A stretch of DNA of 64,000 nt from a virus: positions 32,001 to 96,000 of the IMG/VR virus record IMGVR_UViG_3300027963_000043. One strand, written 5' to 3'. A program made the translations under genes and the position numbers. Below, piece after piece: positions 1 through 9,499 of the stretch (the stretch's first letter is position 1; every line of letters starts with the position of its first letter). The notes beneath the pieces are model-generated. The model had not been told where the DNA came from and did not search any database. It was given only the letters and a program-made list of their open reading frames with translations.

Positions 1-1011
1 GCTCGCGAAGCCTCCGAAGCTTTTGCAGCTTTCATTGGACCAGTCGTAAGTAAGGTTCTAATGCAAGCTGGTACAGCCAGTGCAGTTTATAATGATGCAC
101 CCTATGATCAAGATGATAATCCCAGTCTTCCTCTTGACCTATGGCATGATCAAGGCGGACAAGACTATGTTACAGTTTGGAGTCAAAATGTAGCAGGTGG
201 TCTTCCTTCTTCAGCAGTAGAAGGTTTTAGCGAACTAAAAATCTCTACTTATTCTTTGGATGCAGCAGTCAGCTTCTTGAAACGTTATGCCCGTCGTGGT
301 CGTATCGATGTAGTAAGCAAAGCTGTAGAAAGAATGAGCAATGAAGTTCTCGTAAAACAAGAACGCAATGCTTGGGCAGTAGTTTTGAAAGCCCTTGCAG
401 AAGCTCGCACAGCAGGCACAGGAGCCGCAGCATTAGCCACTAACGGTCATATCGTTGGATCTGATACAGCTGGAACATTTGCTCTATCTGATCTTAGCAA
501 GCTAATGACACTAGTAAAAAGACTTAATACATCTTATGCTGGTGGTACCACATCTGATGCTTACGGTCTAACTGATCTATTCGTTAGTCCAGAAGTTAAA
601 GGTGATATCCGTGCATTCGCTTACCAACCATTCACCACAGGTGGAGGCACAAATCTTCCTGACGCAGCTCGCGAAGAAATCTATCGCAACGCTGGTGCTC
701 AAGAACTTTACGGAGTAACAATCCATGAACTAGTTGAACTAGGCGTAAATGCTAAATATAGCGCTCTATTCAACGCATTCAAAGGTAGTTACAACTTCAA
801 TTCTAATGCCGACGAACTCGCCATTGGTTTTGATTTGAGCAGAGAAGGCTTTATCCGCCCAATCGCTCGTAACTCTGATACTGGTTCAACATTCGCTGTT
901 CTTCCAGATGATCAATTCGCAGCTCGCAACGAGAAAACTGGTTTCTACGGTTCTCTCGAAGAGGGTCGCGTTTGTATCGATGCTCGTACAGTAGTTGGAA
1001 TCAAGATCTAA
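1..1011 (+). CDS. Major capsid protein, 5'-truncated (probable HK97 fold)
   Basis: Frame is open from base 1 (AREASEAFAAFIGPVVSKVL precedes the ORF-track Met at 61). Biased codon usage suggests high expression, a strong terminator follows, and it sits at the head of the virion module. C-terminus GFYGSLEEGRVCIDAR is capsid-like. Confidence 0.75.
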   Translation, partial: AREASEAFAAFIGPVVSKVLMQAGTASAVYNDAPYDQDDNPSLPLDLWHDQGGQDYVTVWSQNVAGGLPSSAVEGFSELKISTYSLDAAVSFLKRYARRGRIDVVSKAVERMSNEVLVKQERNAWAVVLKALAEARTAGTGAAALATNGHIVGSDTAGTFALSDLSKLMTLVKRLNTSYAGGTTSDAYGLTDLFVSPEVKGDIRAFAYQPFTTGGGTNLPDAAREEIYRNAGAQELYGVTIHELVELGVNAKYSALFNAFKGSYNFNSNADELAIGFDLSREGFIRPIARNSDTGSTFAVLPDDQFAARNEKTGFYGSLEEGRVCIDARTVVGIKI

Positions 1012-1033
1012 GTTAAATTAGATTAAAATTAAA

Positions 1034-1069
1034 GGCCCAGTAGGTTTATCCCTACTGGGTCTTTTTTTT
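1034..1069 (+). terminator. Rho-independent terminator after the capsid gene
   Basis: 11-bp stem ggcccagtagg / cctactgggtc, 6-nt loop, then T8. Confidence 0.9.
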
Positions 1070-1132
1070 GAATAAAACATTAGAAATTGGTGCAATTAAA
1101 TTTATAATATATTAAGGAGATTATTTACATTT

Positions 1133-1480
1133 ATGCCTAAGAAATCAACAAAATTAGAGGACCTTTCACAAACTCATGGAAAATTAGAGAATATTCAATA
1201 TAAAACACTAGACCAAATTTGGGGAGATGATGGATCTAGCAAGTATAAAACATCAAATGTACAAGATTACTTGAATTATTTAAATGACTTAAACAAAAGC
1301 GACTTACAAGCCCACGCTAATAAAATTGGTTTAATTCCAGTGGATAATAGAGAAACATTAACTAAAAGATTAGTATCAGAATTCAAAAAATTTAATTCAC
1401 TTTATAAGCTTCCAAAAAATGAAGACAGTAAAACAGAACTAAATAAAGAAACAAAAAATATTTTATCTGAAGGAAAATAA
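1133..1480 (+). CDS. Small basic hypothetical protein, possible helix-extension-helix (Rho-N/SAP-like) motif
   Basis: 115-aa ORF with AAGGAG upstream; LNDLNKSDLQAHANKIGLIPVDNRETLTKRL resembles HeH motifs. Fold call is weak. Confidence 0.5.
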   Translation: MPKKSTKLEDLSQTHGKLENIQYKTLDQIWGDDGSSKYKTSNVQDYLNYLNDLNKSDLQAHANKIGLIPVDNRETLTKRLVSEFKKFNSLYKLPKNEDSKTELNKETKNILSEGK

Positions 1481-1501
1481 TTTATAATTTGGCGTGTTAA
1501 A

Positions 1502-1507
1502 GTGTAA
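1502..1507 (+). promoter_or_regulatory. GTGTAA putative late-promoter motif
   Basis: Intergenic, 8 nt before ATG 1516. Confidence 0.6.
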
Positions 1508-1515
1508 TATACAAC

Positions 1516-4002
1516 ATGACAGGTTTAGCTTATATTCAAATTTATAATTCCGCTTCTGGAAGTTTTTTCGAAAATAAAAATCTTGGCGTTGAAGCTGTTA
1601 AATTTTTTAACGAAGATAGACTTAAATTTAATAATACAGTAGAAATAGATAAATTACTTACAACTCGTATTTCTATTGGAAAAAATTCTTCTGGTGATGC
1701 AAAATATAGCGTAAATGTAGGAATTAATAATTCTTCAATTTTAACTAAAACTGGATTAGCAAATTTTTATGGTCCAGTCAATTTTGGACTTCTTAATAGT
1801 TCAACTGATTCTACTAGAGCTTACAATATTGGTGGACAAAATACTATATTAGATTCAGATCAAGCAATGATTTTTGGTATTAATAACCAATACTCTGGAA
1901 TAGTAAGGTCTTATGCTTTAGGTGGAAATAATATAATTGAATCTGGAACAGAAAATGTTATAATTGGTAGAGATAATGCTTTACGCAATGATAATCAAAC
2001 TTCTCTTATTTTAGGATTTTATAATCAAAATATTGAAAAAAATAAAGGTTCTTTAATAGTTGGTAATTCAAATACAGAAATTTTAAATTCAAATAATATT
2101 AATTTGATTGGTAATTATAATTCAATTTTCGGTTCTAAAAATACCATAATTTTTGGAGAAGCAAATAGCGCAATCAGTAATGATTCATCCTATGTTTATG
2201 GTGGAAATAATAATATAACAACAGGTTATCAAGATGTAGTTTTTGGAAAATCAAATATTTTAGCGTCTGGTATTTCTAATTTAGTTTTTGGTTTGGGAAA
2301 TAGTTCTTCATATGGAAATTCTGAAAATATATTTGGTAGATCAAATTCTTCAATTGGTAATTTAAATTTTATAAATGGAATACAAAATACTGTCAAAAGT
2401 AGATATTCAGAAGAGAATGAAGTTTTGGGAAGACTAAATATTTTAAACAAAGCATCAAATAATATTATTGTTGGAAAATCAAATAGATCATCTGAAGATG
2501 CATATCTTAATTTATACGGAACTGGATTAGGACAATCATTTATTGACGAACAAGTTTCTGGAGCAGCATATGCTGGAATTTTTGGTAATCAAAATTATAC
2601 ATCTAGATCTTTTTATTCTTATATTTTTGGTAATAACAATATTGTAGATTTTAATTTGAATGGCTATACCATAGGTGAAAACAATCGCGTAATGGTATCG
2701 CAAGGCTCCTATATTTTTGGAAAAGGCAATCAACTTTCTGGTAAAAATAATTTCTTAATAGGATTTAATAACACTATTAGATCTGGAGACTCTGATGTAA
2801 TAGTAATTGGTCAATACTATACAGCAAAAGATGATTTTGAAAAAAATAAAATAATAATAAATTATCAAAATAATCGTATAGAAGTTATCAATACTGGAAT
2901 TAAACTTACTTCTAGCACTTCACCAACTATAAATGGAGATAAGATATTAACTACTCCAGATTTAATATCTATTGAAAATTCTATAAATGATCAGCGTATA
3001 GCAAATACAATTAATTATTTTTCGTTAACTGGAGAATTATATACTAATCCATTAAATCTTTATGATACAAAAATAGATCATCTTGCAAATAAAGTTAACG
3101 TAATAAGTGGTGCTTACACTCAAACCATATTGGATTCTGTTGCATTACAATTTGATATTTCTGGAGTAACTGGAATGGGATTGACAATAGGAAAATTAAG
3201 CTTTAAAATTCCATCTAATACAATTTTTACGAGAGCTAGAAAATCATTAGACTATTCTGGATTGTTTAATATTTCAGAGATTTATTATCAAAATAAAAAC
3301 TATAACATGGGCATATTCCATGATAAAAGTTCTAAACAATGGTTAGTTGGTGATTTAAATTCTGACGAATATTATTTCTTCAGCACCCAAAGCAATCCAA
3401 ATATATTTGGTGGTTCCAGTGGACAAATTGGAGACTTGCGACAAGAGTTGGGTGCAACTAGATTTAGAGCAACTGGTACATACGCAGGAGCTGCAGGTAT
3501 TACATATTATAGTGGTATGGAGAGCACTATAAATGGAAAGAAATATGGACCTCTTTTTGTATATAATACAAAAGAAATTAGCGTAAATCAAATTTATACA
3601 TCAATTGAACTTCCAAAAAATCTTGGAGATTTTTCTTATATTCCATCAACAGTATACGAATCTGAAGATAATAATTTTAATTTATTCTTTGGTAAACCGT
3701 ATGCATTAACCAATGGATTTAAGAAAAAGAACCAAAATAATCAATATGTTGATTATCAATGGTTAATAGTAAATAATCTTTTAAGCAATAGATCTGGCGA
3801 ACTTTATTTTGGAGATAATTTAACCTCTACTTCTCAAACTGCTGATTTTTCATTCAAAACAACTGGTACTAATTTAGCTTATACTGGATTTGGTAATGGA
3901 AGAACACCAGCTATAACTTTAAGAATGGATGGCAGCAGATATTCATTAGTTAAATCTTATGTTCCAAATTATGGACAAGTTTATTTTCCATTTTATTATT
4001 AA
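1516..4002 (+). CDS. Virion fibre/adhesin with G-x-x-N beta-roll repeats
   Basis: 828 aa; about 20 repeats of (I/V/F)G-x-x-N at roughly 15-aa spacing, like YadA/Hep_Hag head repeats. Confidence 0.6.
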   Translation: MTGLAYIQIYNSASGSFFENKNLGVEAVKFFNEDRLKFNNTVEIDKLLTTRISIGKNSSGDAKYSVNVGINNSSILTKTGLANFYGPVNFGLLNSSTDSTRAYNIGGQNTILDSDQAMIFGINNQYSGIVRSYALGGNNIIESGTENVIIGRDNALRNDNQTSLILGFYNQNIEKNKGSLIVGNSNTEILNSNNINLIGNYNSIFGSKNTIIFGEANSAISNDSSYVYGGNNNITTGYQDVVFGKSNILASGISNLVFGLGNSSSYGNSENIFGRSNSSIGNLNFINGIQNTVKSRYSEENEVLGRLNILNKASNNIIVGKSNRSSEDAYLNLYGTGLGQSFIDEQVSGAAYAGIFGNQNYTSRSFYSYIFGNNNIVDFNLNGYTIGENNRVMVSQGSYIFGKGNQLSGKNNFLIGFNNTIRSGDSDVIVIGQYYTAKDDFEKNKIIINYQNNRIEVINTGIKLTSSTSPTINGDKILTTPDLISIENSINDQRIANTINYFSLTGELYTNPLNLYDTKIDHLANKVNVISGAYTQTILDSVALQFDISGVTGMGLTIGKLSFKIPSNTIFTRARKSLDYSGLFNISEIYYQNKNYNMGIFHDKSSKQWLVGDLNSDEYYFFSTQSNPNIFGGSSGQIGDLRQELGATRFRATGTYAGAAGITYYSGMESTINGKKYGPLFVYNTKEISVNQIYTSIELPKNLGDFSYIPSTVYESEDNNFNLFFGKPYALTNGFKKKNQNNQYVDYQWLIVNNLLSNRSGELYFGDNLTSTSQTADFSFKTTGTNLAYTGFGNGRTPAITLRMDGSRYSLVKSYVPNYGQVYFPFYY

Positions 4003-4024
4003 TTTTTAAATTGTTTTTTAATTG

Positions 4025-4030
4025 GTGTAA
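4025..4030 (+). promoter_or_regulatory. GTGTAA putative late-promoter motif
   Basis: Intergenic, 8 nt before ATG 4039. Confidence 0.6.
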
Positions 4031-4038
4031 TTTATTAT

Positions 4039-4413
4039 ATGGCTACTTCATATAATATAAATACTATTCAAGGTGATAATTTGCAGCTATCCTTAAGAAT
4101 AAAAGATTCTAATAATAGCCCAATAAATTTAAGTGGATATAGCGTTAGAGGGGTTGTAAAATATGCTTATGGATATGAAGATAATGATCAAGTTTTATTG
4201 AATTTGAATCCAGTTATTATTTCTGGAAATAATGGTTCATACTATCCATCTGGCATAGTAAATATAAACGTAGAATCTTATGTAACTGCAAGTATTCCAG
4301 TAGGAACTTTTGTTTATGATATAGAACGATTTCCTTATGGAATACCAACTGGTAATTCTATAAAATTAATTAGAGGAAAGTTCATTGTAAGTCCAGAAGT
4401 AACATCTATTTAA
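4039..4413 (+). CDS. BppU-N / fibre-attachment Ig-like virion protein
   Basis: QGDNLQLSLRIKDSNNSPINLSGY...GTFVYDIE...GKFIV pattern is typical of BppU N-terminal-like domains. Confidence 0.6.
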   Translation: MATSYNINTIQGDNLQLSLRIKDSNNSPINLSGYSVRGVVKYAYGYEDNDQVLLNLNPVIISGNNGSYYPSGIVNINVESYVTASIPVGTFVYDIERFPYGIPTGNSIKLIRGKFIVSPEVTSI

Positions 4414-4417
4414 TTTT

Positions 4418-4963
4418 ATGGCAGATGTAATTGTAGATGTAATTTTGCCAAATGCAATAACAACGGATGTAACCTCTCCGAGTTATTCTGCAAATGCTAA
4501 TGTATTTATTCCTGGACAAGATGGGCCTCAAGGTCCACAAGGTCCAGAAGGTCCACTAAATCAATTTAAAACCATTAAAGTGGATGGTCAGTCAGATTTA
4601 ATCCCAACTGGTATAGAATCATTAAAATTTATTGGTCAGACAGGTATAAATATACTAACAAATAATTCTCAAAACCCTAAATCAATAACGATAAATGCTG
4701 CGCCGCTTAGTGGATACTTTGAAGCAGAGAATGTAGTTGGTTATAAAGCAAATCTAACCGCTGGATCTGATAATTATTATATACAATATCCAACAGTATT
4801 AAATACTGCCCCAAGATCAGTAGTTTGCGCTTTTCAAAATACAGTAGATGATATGGCTTATTATTTCTCAATTGGTTCAATAACTAACGCTGGGTTCTAT
4901 ATAAACTTTAGTGATAATTTATTAAATAATGGGTATTTTTTAAATATTCAAGTTAAAAAGTAA
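4418..4963 (+). CDS. Short fibre protein with collagen triplets and H-type-lectin-like C-terminus
   Basis: GQDGPQGPQGPEGP collagen repeat; the C-terminal ~70 aa resembles the C-terminus of 5001-5822. Confidence 0.55.
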   Translation: MADVIVDVILPNAITTDVTSPSYSANANVFIPGQDGPQGPQGPEGPLNQFKTIKVDGQSDLIPTGIESLKFIGQTGINILTNNSQNPKSITINAAPLSGYFEAENVVGYKANLTAGSDNYYIQYPTVLNTAPRSVVCAFQNTVDDMAYYFSIGSITNAGFYINFSDNLLNNGYFLNIQVKK

Positions 4964-4970
4964 ATATTGT

Positions 4971-4976
4971 GTGTAA
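4971..4976 (+). promoter_or_regulatory. GTGTAA putative late-promoter motif
   Basis: Intergenic, 24 nt before ATG 5001, with AAAGGA in between. Confidence 0.6.
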
Positions 4977-5000
4977 TAATATAAAAGGAAATAAAAATTT

Positions 5001-5822
5001 ATGATTAGCGCTTTCAAACATATTAGACTAAGTGGATATAATTTAACTCCAATTCAAAGTGCAGCTTGGGATAATAGTTCAACACTAAGACTTGGATTCG
5101 GAAATAGTGGTTTAGCTTATTACAGTGAACTTACTGGAATTAGTGGTTACTTAAAGGGTCTAATTACTGAAGCTAATGCCGATGTAAATAATTTAAATAA
5201 TTTACAAGGAAATCTTTATATAACAGGTGGAGATGGAGTTACTATCCAAGTAGATGCTGGACTTGGTGAAATTAAAGTAGTAGGTAATAGTGGATATTTT
5301 CAAGCTCTATCAAATCAAGTTTCTAGCAATTTAGCGCTAACTGGTAGTAATTTATATACTTTATTTAGTACTTTTAGTAGTTCAAGTACTGCGGATGTAT
5401 CAGCAATTAGCGGACAAATTGTAAACACTGGCGCTACTTTAAATAATAAAATTGATTTACTAAGTGGTTATGTTAATTCTCAAGATACAATTATTTCTAC
5501 AAATCTATTTAATACTGGTAGTACTTTAGATACTAAAATAAATAACTATAGCGGTTGGGCAAGTGGAACATATGTTGCAAAATCTAGCCAACAAGTATTT
5601 ACAACACCATTAGCTGTTGGTTTGGATGAATATCAAATTAGTTACCCAGTAGCTTTTGGCGGAGCAACTCCACCAAAAATTTTAGCAACTCTTGAAGTTC
5701 CTGGAAATGTAATGTATAGTTTATCAACAAGATCAATCAGTCAAGTTGGATATACGGGCGTACTTTCTGATAATATTTTAGAAGCTGGCGCAAAAATCCA
5801 TACTTTCGCTTCTACACAATAA
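5001..5822 (+). CDS. Fibre protein: SG/TG-rich coiled-coil stalk with H-type-lectin-like tip
   Basis: TGxxLxxKIxxLSG stalk motifs are shared with 5930-8551; C-terminal domain is paralogous to that of 4418-4963. Confidence 0.55.
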   Translation: MISAFKHIRLSGYNLTPIQSAAWDNSSTLRLGFGNSGLAYYSELTGISGYLKGLITEANADVNNLNNLQGNLYITGGDGVTIQVDAGLGEIKVVGNSGYFQALSNQVSSNLALTGSNLYTLFSTFSSSSTADVSAISGQIVNTGATLNNKIDLLSGYVNSQDTIISTNLFNTGSTLDTKINNYSGWASGTYVAKSSQQVFTTPLAVGLDEYQISYPVAFGGATPPKILATLEVPGNVMYSLSTRSISQVGYTGVLSDNILEAGAKIHTFASTQ

Positions 5823-5830
5823 CTTATCTA

Positions 5831-5836
5831 GTGTAA
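5831..5836 (+). promoter_or_regulatory. GTGTAA putative late-promoter motif inside an inverted repeat
   Basis: Overlaps tctagtg-taatatt-cactaga (5827-5847); 93 nt before GTG 5930. Confidence 0.5.
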
Positions 5837-5929
5837 TATTCACTAGAATAATAGAATTAATAATTCTTTTACTCTTTAGTCTGCCATAAAAAGCAGCAAT
5901 TTAGCGAAAGCTAATAAAAGGAATAAAAA

Positions 5930-8551
5930 GTGGCAAATATATTTAAAGCGAAAACTCTTGTGGGTCGCACGGGAATATTTTCTCACGAAGTAATTGCTCC
6001 AAATCTTGTTTATAATACTGGTTATCAAAATATAGATGGATTAAAAGATTTTACAATAAAACCTACTGTTGGTACAATTCCAGTTTTATTAAGTGGAGAT
6101 ATTCCATATGTTCAAACCAATTCATATTTCTATGTTGATGCCACTAGAAAAGATTCATATATTGAAAATGGAAATATTTTATATCCATATAAAACTTTAA
6201 GTAGCGCTTACAATGCAGCAAAAAATATTGCATATTTTCACAATCCAACTTATATAACGCTTCTTAGCCCAATAGCTGAAAATTTAACTATAAATAAAGG
6301 ATATATTAATTTAGTAGGAAATAATACAAATAAAAATGATCCAATTAGAATAACTGGCTCACTTGTTTTTGCAGCCACAGGTGGAACCGCAACAGATAAT
6401 AATTTTTCAATAGCTGGGTTAGGAATAACGGCCACTTCAAATAATAAATGTATATTATTTTCTGGAAATAACCCTCAAAGATTGTTTATTCAAGATTGTT
6501 GGTTGATAGCAAAAGATAATGGAACTTGTTTATATTCAAATAATACAAATACAACTTCAAGATTGCAAGGAGATATATTAAAACTTAGTCCAGAAGGAGT
6601 AAATACAACAGCAATTGATATAGTAAGTGGAACATCTTCGATTTCTTTTGCTGAGACTAGTAGTTCTGCAAGTGTTTTAGCTTACGTTAGAAATAATAGT
6701 ACTTTAAATATAAGTAACTCTCAAATAGAAACAACTGGAGAAAAAGCTTTTCAAGTTGAAAACGCTGCTAGATTAACTTTATTAAATAGTGTGCTAACAA
6801 ATACAGCGAATCCTTCGACTGGAATATTTTTAAAAGATGCACTTTCTACGGCAGTAGTAGTTGGTTCAGCAATTTCTGTTCCAGCAAACGCTAATAGTTA
6901 TGCTATAAATGGAGTAGATTATTCTTATCTTTTTTATAAAAATCTTTATTTTAGTATAGATGCTGCTGGCCAAAGCACAGAATCAAAAATTGGAAATAAT
7001 GTTAATAAAAATTTAATTAATTCATATGATCCAGTAGTTTATAGTATAGGTGATCAAACTATCTCTGGAGTTAAAACTTTTGATGTATTTCCAATTGTTA
7101 GCGGAAATAAATTAATAACAGGATTAGATCTTAGTTCTTATCTTACTTCTTCTAGCGCCAGTTCTACTTATTCTACCATAACAAACCTTGCTTCAACTGG
7201 CTCAACTCTTGATACGAAAATTAACAATGTTAGCGGATATTTTACTGGAACGAACGCAACATTTACTACGAATCTTTTTTCGACTGGCTCAACTCTTGAT
7301 ACGAAAATTAACAATGTTAGCGGATATTTTACTGGAACGAACGCAACATTTACTACGAATCTTTTTTCGACTGGATCGACTCTTGATACGAAAATTAACA
7401 ATGTTAGCGGATATTTTACTGGAACGAACGCAACATTTACTACGAATCTTTTTTCGACTGGATCGACTCTTGATACTAAAATAAATAATCTAAGTGGTTA
7501 TGTAAATTCTTATGATAGCAATATTGTTTTTACTACTGGAAATCAAACAATAGCTGGCACTAAACAATTTTCAGGGCTTTATATTAGTGGAGTAGGACTA
7601 ACTCCAGGAATTTATGTTAATACAAAAGACAATCAAATTATTACTGGAGCTAAAACATTTGTTACTTCTGGAATATTTTCTCTTTCTGGTGCAAATCCTT
7701 TGGTATTACCAAATAATCCTCTTTCAATAGTTGGAAGTGGAAATACCTATCTTCAACTTAATATTCAAAATAGAGCCACTGGTAATACATCGACTGCAGA
7801 TTTAGTTATTACAGCCAATAACGGAACAGATAGTAGCAACTTTATTAATCTTGGTATAAATAATTCTGGATACAGCGATCCAGCATTTACTAATGGTGGA
7901 TCATATGATGGTTATCTATTTGTTAATGGTGGAAGTTTAGATATTGGAACTCAAACAGCGAATACACACATAGAGTTTCATCTTGGAGGCACAACCATTG
8001 ATAAAACTGTAGCAAGATTCAGTAATTCTGGATTAAATATTATAACTGGAAATTTAGTTGTTAATAATAGCGGAATATTTGGAGGCGTAAATATAAATGA
8101 CGCGGATGCAATGGATATATCTGGTGTAGCTATAACTTTAATAAATAGCACAGTTACTTCAAACTATCCAATTTCTGGTTCATCAATATTAGGTCAAAGT
8201 GGAGTATTCTTATCTGGAATAGATTTAAAAAATTCTAAATTAATTAATGCTACTCCAGATCTTTTAAATGTTTCAGCAAACTTTAATATAACAGGAACTC
8301 AAAATAGTAGAGTAATCCTTGCTAATTCACCAACTATAATAACTGGATCAATTGTTAGTGGCAATCCAATTGGATTTAATACTTCAATAATTCAAACTAG
8401 TTCTGGACAAGTTTTAATTACTGGTATTGGATCTAATGTTATCGTTAGTAGTTATAATAATCAATTTAGAACAGCAGCACAATACGCAACAATTTCAATT
8501 CTTCATACAGGAAACGATGGATACATAATGTATGGAAATACTAGCACATGA
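5930..8551 (+). CDS. Tail fibre/spike: beta-helix domain, 29-aa tandem stalk, QxIxGxKxF fibre repeats
   Basis: 873 aa, GTG start with AAAGGA upstream. YFYVD...NGNILYPYKTLSSAY motif precedes a beta-helix-like region; four QxIxGxKxF repeats; stalk repeats. Confidence 0.7.
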   Translation: MANIFKAKTLVGRTGIFSHEVIAPNLVYNTGYQNIDGLKDFTIKPTVGTIPVLLSGDIPYVQTNSYFYVDATRKDSYIENGNILYPYKTLSSAYNAAKNIAYFHNPTYITLLSPIAENLTINKGYINLVGNNTNKNDPIRITGSLVFAATGGTATDNNFSIAGLGITATSNNKCILFSGNNPQRLFIQDCWLIAKDNGTCLYSNNTNTTSRLQGDILKLSPEGVNTTAIDIVSGTSSISFAETSSSASVLAYVRNNSTLNISNSQIETTGEKAFQVENAARLTLLNSVLTNTANPSTGIFLKDALSTAVVVGSAISVPANANSYAINGVDYSYLFYKNLYFSIDAAGQSTESKIGNNVNKNLINSYDPVVYSIGDQTISGVKTFDVFPIVSGNKLITGLDLSSYLTSSSASSTYSTITNLASTGSTLDTKINNVSGYFTGTNATFTTNLFSTGSTLDTKINNVSGYFTGTNATFTTNLFSTGSTLDTKINNVSGYFTGTNATFTTNLFSTGSTLDTKINNLSGYVNSYDSNIVFTTGNQTIAGTKQFSGLYISGVGLTPGIYVNTKDNQIITGAKTFVTSGIFSLSGANPLVLPNNPLSIVGSGNTYLQLNIQNRATGNTSTADLVITANNGTDSSNFINLGINNSGYSDPAFTNGGSYDGYLFVNGGSLDIGTQTANTHIEFHLGGTTIDKTVARFSNSGLNIITGNLVVNNSGIFGGVNINDADAMDISGVAITLINSTVTSNYPISGSSILGQSGVFLSGIDLKNSKLINATPDLLNVSANFNITGTQNSRVILANSPTIITGSIVSGNPIGFNTSIIQTSSGQVLITGIGSNVIVSSYNNQFRTAAQYATISILHTGNDGYIMYGNTST
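7196..7476 (+). repeat. 87-bp coding tandem repeat (3 full copies plus a partial one)
   Basis: Units start at 7196, 7283, 7370 and 7457 and are near-identical at DNA level; each encodes 29 aa (STGSTLDTKINNVSGYFTGTNATFTTNLF). Confidence 0.95.
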
Positions 8552-9450
8552 TAGTCTTGCCATCAACTTCTGCTGGTTTTATAAGTAGCAATAAAGCTTT
8601 TCCTTATCTTCCTAGATCTATAAGAGATAATAATTCTTTATATCCTACTAATCAATTTATAGTTTTACCTACTGAAGGTGGAGTAGCTAAATGGACAGAA
8701 ACTCCTCCAAATGGTTGGAGTCAATATTCACCATATTATAATGTATTTTTAAAATTTTATTTAAAATCAGATGAGAGTGCTGAAAGTATACCAGCTGGAG
8801 GAGGAAATATTCATTGTTTAAAAGCTGCAGGAATTGGCTCACGATTAGGCCTTGGAAGAGAAAGAAATATTACAAAAAATCCTATAGGCACAACAAATCT
8901 CGCTAATGATTGGAGTTTGTATAATATAGTAGCTAGTTCTGTTTCGATTACTACTCAAACTTATGTTGATTTTGGATGTTTTTATAGAGTAACTAGTAAT
9001 GACCCAATGAGATCATTAAATTTTGGAGCAATTGCTATAAATTTTTCAAGATCTACACCTGTTCTTTCTAATAGCTATTTAAATTACTCAATAATACATG
9101 GTGGTGGAGTTAATCTTCTTGGAAATAATTCTACTTATACATATTTTAATACATATGATGTAGCTAAAACTTATGAAGCATATAATCAATGGATTGGGTC
9201 AGCATTTATTAAGTTTAAAAAACTTGACGAAATAAACCAAAGTTCAGTATTTAATCAATGGCAATTTTTAAGTTATAGAGTTATAATTCCAACATTTGTA
9301 GATACTCCACAAGACGATGGAGCTACTGGTAAAGCACAGACCTGTACCCTTAGACTATGCTTTTGTGAAAATAATAGTTATCTTGATGATGGTTCTGGTT
9401 TAAATACTGGGTCTATTCAATTTTTATATCCATTTTTAAGTTTGAGCTAA
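8548..9450 (+). CDS. Hypothetical virion protein, possible carbohydrate-binding jelly-roll
   Basis: ATGA-coupled to the fibre gene; aromatic-rich beta pattern (NGWSQY, NDWSLY, QWQFLSY). Fold call is tentative. Confidence 0.4.
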   Translation: MIVLPSTSAGFISSNKAFPYLPRSIRDNNSLYPTNQFIVLPTEGGVAKWTETPPNGWSQYSPYYNVFLKFYLKSDESAESIPAGGGNIHCLKAAGIGSRLGLGRERNITKNPIGTTNLANDWSLYNIVASSVSITTQTYVDFGCFYRVTSNDPMRSLNFGAIAINFSRSTPVLSNSYLNYSIIHGGGVNLLGNNSTYTYFNTYDVAKTYEAYNQWIGSAFIKFKKLDEINQSSVFNQWQFLSYRVIIPTFVDTPQDDGATGKAQTCTLRLCFCENNSYLDDGSGLNTGSIQFLYPFLSLS

Positions 9451-9499
9451 AAAATCATTATTATATAGTGTGATATCTATTATATGACCAATAAAATTG

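Noticed and set aside
7196-7476. CRISPR array or DGR template/variable repeat
   Set aside because: Head-to-tail copies with no spacers, no adenine-specific differences, and no reverse transcriptase in the window.
7168-7484. Repetitive ORFs 7168-7401 (-) and 7188-7484 (+)
   Set aside because: By-products of the 87-bp repeat, which lacks stops in those frames.
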